From: Myxococcales bacterium | GTDB lineage: Bacteria > Desulfobacterota > Binatia > UTPRO1 > JBBIJE01 | Length of the DNA stretch: 64,000 bases | Reading direction: 5' to 3' | Assembly: GCA_037446155.1 (NCBI GenBank) | Contig: JBBIJE010000002.1 | Span: forward strand, 9,171 to 73,170 | In this document: positions 56,875 through 64,000 of the stretch, piece by piece | Layout of the letters: the number at the start of each line of letters is the position of its first letter | Numbering within the stretch: position 1 is the stretch's first letter | Notes under the pieces: generated by a model | Databases searched by the model: none | Seen by the model: the letters and a program-made list of their open reading frames with translations, nothing else | What the model was told of the DNA's origin: nothing | Translations under genes and position numbers: made by a program

Positions 56875-57363
56875 CTAATCGCGGTAGTTGACGAATTGCA
56901 AGGGGATGCCCAGGTCCTCGCCTCGCAGCCGCGCTATCACCGCCTGCAGGTCGTCGCGCTTCTTTCCGCTAATTCTCACCTGCGCTTCGAGCACCTGCGC
57001 TTGAACCTTGAGTCCGAGCCCCTTTACCACCTTGACGATCTCGCGCGCCTTGTCGGCATCTATTCCCTGCTGAACCCGAATCACCTGGCGGGCTCGGCCG
57101 CTAGGGGAGCTTTCGAGCGGCCCGTAATCGAGCGCTTTGAGCGGCACCCCTCGGCGGGCGAGCTTCCCCTGTACGACCTCGACGGCCGCCTTTACCCGGT
57201 ACTCGTCTTTGGAGGTTACGACCATCTCGCCTTTGGCATCCCACTCTATTTGCGTGTTGGTCCCTTTGAAATCGTAACGCTGGACGATCTCTTTGCGGGC
57301 CTGATTGAGGGCATTGTCTACCTCTTGCAGGTCGACCCGCGACACTATGTCGAATGAGGGCAT
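56875..57363 (-). CDS. yajQ: YajQ-family (UPF0234) nucleotide-binding protein
   Basis: MPSFDIVSRVDLQEVDNALNQ...YDFKG N-terminus as I recall for YajQ, 162 aa. Confidence 0.85.
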   Translation of the reverse strand: MPSFDIVSRVDLQEVDNALNQARKEIVQRYDFKGTNTQIEWDAKGEMVVTSKDEYRVKAAVEVVQGKLARRGVPLKALDYGPLESSPSGRARQVIRVQQGIDADKAREIVKVVKGLGLKVQAQVLEAQVRISGKKRDDLQAVIARLRGEDLGIPLQFVNYRD

Positions 57364-57373
57364 TTCCCACCAC

Positions 57374-58036
57374 CTACGAGCCCGGAGGGACCACGATGTC
57401 TACCCCGGGCGGGGGCCGGAACTCGAAGAGGCTCGGGGCCAGCGCAGCCTGGGTATCGATCTTTTCGAAACTGATCCTGGTTACGTTTCCTGTCACGTCT
57501 TTGGTTTCTATACCAACGACATCGAAGCTCCCACGATCCACCGTGAGCATCACCCCCTCGCCGCCCTCGTCCTCTCTCGGCTTCAGGCTCAACTTGACCC
57601 GCTCTCCAGTACAACTGGACTCGTCCAACTCGACCTCGAAATCCCGATCTATCCGGGCGGCCCCCAAAAGCAGCGCATAAGGAGCCGACGACGCGAAGGC
57701 GGACTCGAGCCTTAGCTTCACCACCTGGCGCTCCGTAGGCTCGTACAGCCACACAGCCGCACCGTCTGCAACTATCAGCCGCTGCTCTTCCCCGAGGTAC
57801 TCCCAGCGCATTCTCCCGGGCTTCTTGAAGTACACTACACCCTTCCTCTCTTCGCGCTTGTCGAGCGCGGCAAAGGTAGTTTCCTGGCGAAAATCCGCTT
57901 GCCAGCTTTCGGTGCTATCGTACCGGTGCTGCAGCCCTGCCACCACTTCGTTAGCGGCCACAGGGCAGGGGTCGGCCGCATGGGCCGGGCCGGGCCAGAC
58001 CAGCATCGCCAGAAAACAGAGAAAGATGTCAATCAT
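57374..58036 (-). CDS. lolA: Outer-membrane lipoprotein carrier LolA
   Basis: Signal peptide. FRQETTFAALDKREERKGVVYFKKPGRMRWEY resembles the LolA beta-barrel core. Confidence 0.75.
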   Translation of the reverse strand: MIDIFLCFLAMLVWPGPAHAADPCPVAANEVVAGLQHRYDSTESWQADFRQETTFAALDKREERKGVVYFKKPGRMRWEYLGEEQRLIVADGAAVWLYEPTERQVVKLRLESAFASSAPYALLLGAARIDRDFEVELDESSCTGERVKLSLKPREDEGGEGVMLTVDRGSFDVVGIETKDVTGNVTRISFEKIDTQAALAPSLFEFRPPPGVDIVVPPGS

Positions 58037-60296
58037 CGCCGATCGGGGGGGCGAGGATTTCTCTTGGCCTAGCGCCCTCGGCGCGGCTTACGACCCCTTC
58101 CCGCTCCATTCTCTCGATCATCCTGGCCGCCCGGTTGTAGCCGACGCGAAGCCTCCTCTGTAACCAAGATATCGACGCTTGGCGGCTCTCGGTGACGAGC
58201 TGCACCGCCTGGTCGTACATCTCGTCGTAATCGTCGTCTACGTCACCTTCGGCCGCCTCGGGCTTCTGGTCTTTGAGCAGCTCCAGCTGATAGCTCGGGC
58301 TCTCCTGCGCTTTCCAAAAATCGACCACCCGCCGGATCTCGGTTTCCGATACGAAGGGGCCGTGTATCCTCTGCACCCTTGCAGTTCCGGGGGGGAGGTA
58401 CAACATGTCCCCCTCCCCGAGCAGCCGCTCCCCGCCGATCGTGTCGAGGATGGTCCGTGAATCCACCCTCGAGGTCACCTGAAAGGAGATCCGAGCCGGG
58501 AAGTTCGCCTTGATCAACCCGGTGATCACGTCGACCGAAGGCCGTTGGGTCGCCAATATGAGGTGAATTCCGGCGGCCCTCGCCTTCTGGGCGAGCCGGG
58601 TCACCGATTCCTCGATGTCGCGTCCCACCGTCATCATCAGATCGGCGAGCTCGTCGACCACGATCACGATCCTGGGCAAGTGCTGGTGCAGGAGAGGCTG
58701 CGCATCGTCGCCGGCGTCGTCCATTACCCAACTATCGTCATCGTCGCTCTCCGTCTCGGTAAGCTCGATCACACCGGCGCGCCGCTCCTCCTCTTCCCGC
58801 TCGAGGACCCGATTGTAGCTGTCTATGTTGCGCACCTTCTTGTCCCGCATCAATCTGTAGCGGTAATCCATCTGGCGCATCACGTTCGCCAGGGCGGCGG
58901 CGGCTCGCTTCGGGTCTGTCACGACCGGCACGAGCTGGTGTGGAATGCCATCGTACACCGAAAGCTCGAGCATCTTCGGATCGATCATGATGAACCGAAC
59001 GTCCCGGGGGGAGCACCGGTAGAGTATGCTTAGAACCATACAATTTATGGAAACCGACTTGCCCGTGCCGGTTGCACCGGCGATCAGCAGGTGAGGCATC
59101 CGGGTGAGGTCCGCCACCACCGGAGTCCCGGTCGTGTCCTTGCCGAGTCCGAGGAGAAGCTTGGCGTCGCTCCCTGTAAACTGCGGACTTGCCAGGATCT
59201 CGTGCAGGAGGACCTTCTCGCGGCGCTGATTGGCGACCTCGATTCCCACTACCGACTTCCCCGGGATCGGAGCCAAGATACGCACACTCATCGCCCGCAG
59301 GGCCATGGAGAGATCGTCCGCGAGATTGACGATACGGTTCACCTTCACTCCCGGCGCCGGCTCGAACTCGAAAGTCGTTATGACGGGCCCCGGCCGGACG
59401 GCGACCACGTTCCCCTCGATGGCGAAATCCGCGAGCTTGCTCTCCAAGATGTGGGAGCTTGCAACGAGCGCCTCCTTGTCGATGGGGCTCCCGCCCCTGA
59501 CAGGGGGGTCGAGGAAAGAGAGCGGGGGAAGCTCGTAGCTCTGATCGAAGCGCAACTCGGACTGCTTGGCAGCGGCCGCTTTCGAAGCGGGCTCCCGCTT
59601 TTTGGGGGTTTCCTCCTCCAAGAGGATAACGGGGGAGTCGCTGCGGGGTTTCCATCCCGGGGCAGCGAGCGTCTTCTTTTCGGGCGCGGCGCTCAAAGCG
59701 ACCACCGGCCGTCGCATCACCGTCACCCGCCGCTTCGCCCAACTCGCTATCCTGCGAGCTCCATGGCCTGCCGTGCGCCCGGCTCGGCCCGCCCAGGCGG
59801 CCGCACCCGAGAGGGATCCGCCAGTCACGAGCAATCCCGCCAGCAATGTACCCGTTGTAACTAGCACCAGCGCGCCCGCCCTGCCGAAAAGATCGCCAAG
59901 CGTCGCGGCCGCAAAGCCTCCTAGCCAGCCCCCGGCCTCTGCAACCGGTTGCGCCTCCCCGAGGATGCCGAAGAACGCGGCCACACAAAGGAGCAAGAGC
60001 CCCGCGGCGGCGACTCTGGCTGGGGAAAGCAGGAGCGGAGTCTTCCTTATCAACGTAAGAGCAGCACCGAGAAGGAAGAGCGGCAGAAGGTAAGCGCTCC
60101 TACCAAACGCCGGCATCAGCAGATCGGCGAGAAGGTGCCCTATCGGTCCCCCCAAGTTGGCCGTCGGCTGTGCCGGCACGTAGGAGCCCAGGGCAAGCAA
60201 GCAGTAAGCCGCCATACCTACGGCCACGATGCCGCCGAGCTCCCTCGACGCCCCCTTTTCCTTCAGCCTCGCCTGCTTCGCTGCCTCTCTCGCCAC
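58029..60296 (-). CDS. ftsK: DNA translocase FtsK/SpoIIIE
   Basis: N-terminal TM helices. Walker A LLIAGATGTGKSVSIN. Motor domain and C-terminal winged-helix (gamma) region. Confidence 0.9.
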   Translation of the reverse strand: MAREAAKQARLKEKGASRELGGIVAVGMAAYCLLALGSYVPAQPTANLGGPIGHLLADLLMPAFGRSAYLLPLFLLGAALTLIRKTPLLLSPARVAAAGLLLLCVAAFFGILGEAQPVAEAGGWLGGFAAATLGDLFGRAGALVLVTTGTLLAGLLVTGGSLSGAAAWAGRAGRTAGHGARRIASWAKRRVTVMRRPVVALSAAPEKKTLAAPGWKPRSDSPVILLEEETPKKREPASKAAAAKQSELRFDQSYELPPLSFLDPPVRGGSPIDKEALVASSHILESKLADFAIEGNVVAVRPGPVITTFEFEPAPGVKVNRIVNLADDLSMALRAMSVRILAPIPGKSVVGIEVANQRREKVLLHEILASPQFTGSDAKLLLGLGKDTTGTPVVADLTRMPHLLIAGATGTGKSVSINCMVLSILYRCSPRDVRFIMIDPKMLELSVYDGIPHQLVPVVTDPKRAAAALANVMRQMDYRYRLMRDKKVRNIDSYNRVLEREEEERRAGVIELTETESDDDDSWVMDDAGDDAQPLLHQHLPRIVIVVDELADLMMTVGRDIEESVTRLAQKARAAGIHLILATQRPSVDVITGLIKANFPARISFQVTSRVDSRTILDTIGGERLLGEGDMLYLPPGTARVQRIHGPFVSETEIRRVVDFWKAQESPSYQLELLKDQKPEAAEGDVDDDYDEMYDQAVQLVTESRQASISWLQRRLRVGYNRAARMIERMEREGVVSRAEGARPREILAPPIGDD

Positions 60297-60326
60297 CTCC
60301 CCTACCCCCCTTCGAACTGCGGCAAC

Positions 60327-61991
60327 TCAAAGCTCCATAATAACCGGCAGGATAACGGGGCGTCTACCCAGCGTGCGCCGGAAGTAGCGGCTCATGGCCT
60401 TGCGAAGCTCTTCCTTGACCTCCAGTCCGTCGGATCTCGAGCCGGGAGCGAGCGCCGCGAGCGTCTCCAGGACCACGGCTCGAGCTCCCTCGAGCAGCGC
60501 ACGGCTGTCCGCCTCGAGCGCGAAACCGCGCGAGATCAGGTCGGGACCGTTTACGATCTCGCCCGTGTCGCGGTTCAGGGCCACAACCGCCAGCACCATT
60601 CCATCCGCCGACAGGTGTCGGCGGTCGCGCAGAACCAGGTCGCCCACGTCCCCTATTCCCTTACCATCCACGAGCACCCTGCCGCTTGCGACCCGCTCGC
60701 ATCGCCGCGCGGCTTCCTCGCTAACCTCCAGGCGATCCCCGTCTTCGAGGAGGAAACAGCGCTCGCTCGCAACTCCCATTTCCCGCGCCAGCTTGACGTG
60801 CTTGGCGAGCTGGCGGTATTCACCGTGCAGCGGTACGAAATACTTTGGCCTCACCAGCGCAAGCATCAGCCTCAGTTCCTCCCGGTACGCATGTCCTGAG
60901 GTGTGCACTCGAGCTATCCGCTCGTGGAGCACTTCACCGCCGCTTCTAGCTATGTTGTTGATCATCCGATTTACCGCGCTTTCGTTCCCCGGTATCACAC
61001 GCGAAGAAAGGATCACGGTATCGCCCGGCTCCACCCGGATCTGCTTGTGCTCTCCCATGGCGATCCGCGTGAGCGCGGAAAGCGGTTCCCCTTGGCTTCC
61101 AGTGGTAAGAAACGCCAGGCAACTGGGGGGCAGCTCGCCGATCCCCTCCGGCGGCACCAGCGTGGTCGGAGAAAATCGCAGGTAGCCGAGTCTCGCCCCA
61201 AGCTCGATGCTGGTGAGCAAACTGGTCCCGACGACGCAAACCTTGCGGCCCTGCCCCTCGCACAGGTCGAAGATCTCCTGGATCCGGTGTATGTGGGAGG
61301 CGAACGTGGCCACGAAGATCCGCCCCGTGACGCCCCGGAAGATCTCGCCAAGACTGCGCCCTACGGCGGTTTCCGAAAGCGTGAATCCCTCCACCTCGGA
61401 GTTCGTGGAGTCCGACAAGAGAAGCAGAACGCCCGCATTGCCGACCTTCGCCAGGCGCCCGAAATCGGACGGCCTGCCGTCGACGGGGCTTTGGTCGAAC
61501 TTGAAATCGCCCGTGTGAAGAATGGTGCCAGCGGGAGTCGAGATGGCCAGAGCCACGGAATCCACAATCGAGTGGGTAACGTGGATAGCCTCGAGCCGAA
61601 AGGGGCCGACCTGCCAGGTATCTCCTGCCACGACCTCCTCTAGCGGCAACCCCGCAAGCTCGTGCTCCCGAAGCTTCTCCTCCAGAAGAGCCAATGTGAA
61701 GCGGGTGCCGTACGTCGGCACTCGCAACTCTCGCGCGAGATAAGGATAGGCCCCGATGTGGTCCTCGTGTCCATGGGTAAGGATCACCGCCTCGAGTCTC
61801 TCGCCCAGTTCTCTTAGGTAAGCGAAATCGGGGATCACGAGATCTATTCCGAGCATCTGAGCATCGGGGAACATGACACCGCAGTCGATGGCTATCGCCG
61901 CATCCCCCCATTCGATCACGAGCAGGTTGAGACCGATCTCGCCCAAACCACCGAGCGGGACGATGTGAAACGGCGCCGAGCGCGCACCCAT
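60327..61991 (-). CDS. rnj: Ribonuclease J (metallo-beta-lactamase/beta-CASP)
   Basis: Start MGARSAPFH at 61991, whose ATG overlaps the plsC TGA. HGHEDHIG Zn motif. ORF extends to 62585 but that part is R-rich shadow sequence. Confidence 0.9.
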   Translation of the reverse strand: MGARSAPFHIVPLGGLGEIGLNLLVIEWGDAAIAIDCGVMFPDAQMLGIDLVIPDFAYLRELGERLEAVILTHGHEDHIGAYPYLARELRVPTYGTRFTLALLEEKLREHELAGLPLEEVVAGDTWQVGPFRLEAIHVTHSIVDSVALAISTPAGTILHTGDFKFDQSPVDGRPSDFGRLAKVGNAGVLLLLSDSTNSEVEGFTLSETAVGRSLGEIFRGVTGRIFVATFASHIHRIQEIFDLCEGQGRKVCVVGTSLLTSIELGARLGYLRFSPTTLVPPEGIGELPPSCLAFLTTGSQGEPLSALTRIAMGEHKQIRVEPGDTVILSSRVIPGNESAVNRMINNIARSGGEVLHERIARVHTSGHAYREELRLMLALVRPKYFVPLHGEYRQLAKHVKLAREMGVASERCFLLEDGDRLEVSEEAARRCERVASGRVLVDGKGIGDVGDLVLRDRRHLSADGMVLAVVALNRDTGEIVNGPDLISRGFALEADSRALLEGARAVVLETLAALAPGSRSDGLEVKEELRKAMSRYFRRTLGRRPVILPVIMEL

Positions 61992-62752
61992 CAGCGCTCG
62001 CCTCTCATTTGCGGCCGGTGGGCCGCGAGAATCGCGTTGCGAACCTCTTCCATGAGCTGCTCCTTCGAAGCCGGCCCGTAGCGCGACGGGTCGATCGGCT
62101 TGCCCACGATTACCTCCACCTCCCCGGGCTCTGGGCGCCAACTCCCCCGAGGGAGCATCCGCCCCGTTCCATTCACGATCACGGGCACGATAGGGGCTTT
62201 GGTTTCCATGGCGAAGACGAAGCCCCCTTTCTTGAAGGGGAGCAGGCTGCCGTCGCGACTTCGCGTCCCCTCGGGGAAAAAGATGACCGAAATCCCTCGG
62301 GAGATTTTCTCTTGGGCCCGTCTCAAGCTCTCGATCGCGCGGCGCTGATCCGATCTGTCGATGATCACATGCTTCGTGGCCTTCAGGGCCCATCCGAAAA
62401 ACGGCACCCTCACCAGCTCCTTCTTGGCAACCCAGCGCAACTGATACCGCTTCAGTGCGGCTACGAGCACCGCGGCGTCGAGGTTGCTTGCGTGGTTCGA
62501 CATGAAAACATAGGCCTTGTCTCGGTCGAGGTTCTCGAGTCCCTGCACTCGAAGGCGCACCCCACAAAGCCGAAGAATGGACCACACCCAGAAGCGCGTG
62601 ACCAGGTACGCCAGCCGCGCCTCCCGGTCAAGGAACGAAAGGACGATAGCGACGGGGGCGCACAGTAGCGTGTTCGCCAGGAAGACCAGATACTTGACAA
62701 ACAGCACGGGGATCCCTCTCCCTCCACCCCTCAGCCTAGCCCGCCGCGCCAA
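61991..62752 (-). CDS. plsC: 1-acyl-sn-glycerol-3-phosphate acyltransferase
   Basis: NHASNLD (HxxxxD) and FPEGTRS motifs. Exact start uncertain. Confidence 0.8.
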   Translation of the reverse strand: MARRARLRGGGRGIPVLFVKYLVFLANTLLCAPVAIVLSFLDREARLAYLVTRFWVWSILRLCGVRLRVQGLENLDRDKAYVFMSNHASNLDAAVLVAALKRYQLRWVAKKELVRVPFFGWALKATKHVIIDRSDQRRAIESLRRAQEKISRGISVIFFPEGTRSRDGSLLPFKKGGFVFAMETKAPIVPVIVNGTGRMLPRGSWRPEPGEVEVIVGKPIDPSRYGPASKEQLMEEVRNAILAAHRPQMRGER

Positions 62753-62773
62753 CTATAGGTCCGCCGAACCGAC

Positions 62774-62829
62774 GAAGTCAACCGAGCTCCGCTCCTCGGC
62801 CGCCAATGAATAACAGTAACGTTGACTTC
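62774..62829. repeat. 9-bp perfect inverted repeat GAAGTCAAC ... GTTGACTTC (38-bp spacer) in the plsC/ssb divergent region
   Basis: Read directly at 62774-62782 and 62821-62829. Confidence 0.3.
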
Positions 62830-62991
62830 CCTCGCGGGCATTGTATTGTTGGGCTCGCGCGAATGACCCCAAAGGCGCCAGCCGTGGGGGCAACGCGGGG
62901 CACCCTGGCAGGTTGACCCCTGGACCTGCAGGGGATCGGGTCAGCGCGCCGGAGAAACCCGGAGCGAACTGGAACCCCGAGTGGAGGAAAA

Positions 62992-63405
62992 ATGTCGGTC
63001 AATAGAGTCATCATCATCGGAAACCTCGGCCGCGACCCCGAGGTACGCTTCACGGCAAGCGGCAAGCCGGTCGCCAATTTCCCGGTTGCGACCTCCGAGG
63101 TTTGGACCGACGCGGAGGGAAACCGCCAGGAGCGAACCGAGTGGCATAACATAGTGGTTTGGGGCAAGCAGGCGGAGGCGTGCGGCCAGTACCTGGCCAA
63201 GGGAAGGCAGGTTTATGTCGAAGGCTCGATCCGCACTCGCCAATACGACGACAAGGAGGGAAATCGCAGATACATGACAGAGATCGTCGCTCAGCGAGTG
63301 CAGTTCCTGGGTGGCGGCAGAACCGCCGCCGAACCCGCGCCAGAGCCGCCCGCCACAGAGGAACCCGCAGCCCCGTCCACAGAGGACGACGACATCCCGT
63401 TCTAA
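62992..63405 (+). CDS. ssb: Single-stranded DNA-binding protein
   Basis: [22 protein letters not shown]-fold start and acidic tail DDDIPF. Confidence 0.95.
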   Translation: MSVNRVIIIGNLGRDPEVRFTASGKPVANFPVATSEVWTDAEGNRQERTEWHNIVVWGKQAEACGQYLAKGRQVYVEGSIRTRQYDDKEGNRRYMTEIVAQRVQFLGGGRTAAEPAPEPPATEEPAAPSTEDDDIPF

Positions 63406-63530
63406 TCCGACGCCCTGGAAATTTCGCCGCCCCGCTCTGGTGGCCAGCGATACCAGTTCCGCCTACTAGCCTTCGACACCGCCGAAGACAGCAAGCCCTC
63501 GCGGGCCCCAGTCGCCTGCGCGAGCGCCGC

Positions 63531-63986
63531 CTACAGCAACCCCTCCTCAGCCAGGCTCACGTAACATCCGTCGCCTACGATCACGTGATCCAGCACCCGC
63601 ACCCCTAGGATCTCGCCCACTTGCTTCAAGCGCCTGGTTATCTCGATGTCCTCCTTGCTCGGTGCGGGATCGCCGCTCGGGTGGTTGTGTACCAGAATCA
63701 AGGCCGCCGCGGACTCCTCGATCACCGGAACGAAGACCTCGCGCGGATGAACCAGGGAGGTGGTGAGCGACCCCTCGGAAACTCGGGCGTCCTTCAGCAC
63801 CCGGTTCTTGCCGTCGAGCAAGACCACCCGGAAGACCTCTTTCTTCAGATGGGCAAGCGAGTGGCAGCAGTGGCGGAACACATCGGCACTGGATCGCACT
63901 ACCGCCCCACGCTCTAGCCGCCTTTCCCCCAAGCGCTTGCCGAGCTCGAAGGCTCCCCCGAGGATTGCGGCCCTGGCCGGTCCCAT
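63531..63986 (-). CDS. radC: RadC-family JAB/MPN-domain protein
   Basis: HNHPSGDPAPSKEDIEITRRL (JAMM motif). ATG at 63986 with GAGAGGGGA RBS. The gene may extend beyond the window if the upstream N-terminal domain is fused. Confidence 0.8.
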   Translation of the reverse strand: MGPARAAILGGAFELGKRLGERRLERGAVVRSSADVFRHCCHSLAHLKKEVFRVVLLDGKNRVLKDARVSEGSLTTSLVHPREVFVPVIEESAAALILVHNHPSGDPAPSKEDIEITRRLKQVGEILGVRVLDHVIVGDGCYVSLAEEGLL

Positions 63987-64000
63987 TCCCCTCTCTCGCT

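Noticed and set aside
1-64000. CRISPR arrays, rRNA/tRNA genes, transposases or integrases
   Set aside because: I found no regularly spaced direct repeats or IS-like ORFs with flanking inverted repeats. The intergenic regions are short, and the longer ones (10965-11164, 17783-17982, 36506-36694, 46876-47088, 62753-62991) show no tRNA-like T-arm motif. None detected by eye; a tRNA scan would be needed to be sure.

Overview
This is a high-GC window (roughly 65-70% by eye, with a lower-GC patch near 49-51 kb) from a Gram-negative bacterium; LolA, TolC and Tat components are present. I could not assign taxonomy from sequence alone. It looks like a high-GC anaerobic or facultative lineage (Deltaproteobacteria/Myxococcota or Rokubacteria/NC10-like are guesses only).

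The first ~17.8 kb is one very tightly packed minus-strand operon. It encodes, in transcription order:
- a TetR regulator;
- two tandem Tat-exported molybdopterin (bis-PGD) oxidoreductase catalytic subunits (alpha3, alpha2);
- a His-rich membrane anchor;
- an ethylbenzene-dehydrogenase-type heme-b gamma subunit;
- a NarH-type Fe-S beta subunit;
- a TorD/NarJ-type assembly chaperone;
- a Rieske protein, a 2[4Fe-4S] ferredoxin, and a split cytochrome b (b6-like plus subunit-IV-like);
- a membrane-anchored octaheme cytochrome c;
- a third paralogous Mo catalytic subunit (alpha1);
- the start of another Tat-signal protein that runs off the window.

My best reading is a type II DMSO-reductase-family enzyme (EbdABCD-, SerABC- or C25-dehydrogenase-like, judging by subunit sizes). 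It has three alternative catalytic subunits sharing one beta/gamma/delta set, and it is hard-wired to its own Rieske/cytochrome b/multiheme module. I cannot recall this arrangement having been described as such, and it is the main candidate for a novel system.

Downstream of this operon lie:
- two tandem tatA paralogs, a DUF364/DUF4213 protein, and an FNR-like Crp-family regulator;
- a loose set of alcohol-oxidation and beta-oxidation-type genes (enoyl-CoA hydratases x2, SDR, Zn-ADH, acyl-CoA ligase, 3-hydroxyacyl-CoA dehydrogenase), interspersed with nfo, a small cytochrome c lipoprotein, a QueD/PTPS-family gene, a HAD hydrolase and a COG3044 ABC-class ATPase;
- housekeeping genes: UvrD-like helicase, GST, epimerase, methyltransferase, TusA, ArgA-like, ggt, purA, a SerA-like dehydrogenase, a class V aminotransferase, TolC, folE, a type II homoserine-kinase-like gene, nth, glpD, queE, glycerate kinase, DksA-like, yajQ, lolA, ftsK, RNase J, plsC, ssb and radC.

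I found no rRNA, tRNA, CRISPR array or obvious transposase. The many long ORFs in the six-frame track that lie antisense or out of frame to these genes are Arg/Gly/Pro-rich shadow ORFs, as expected at high GC.
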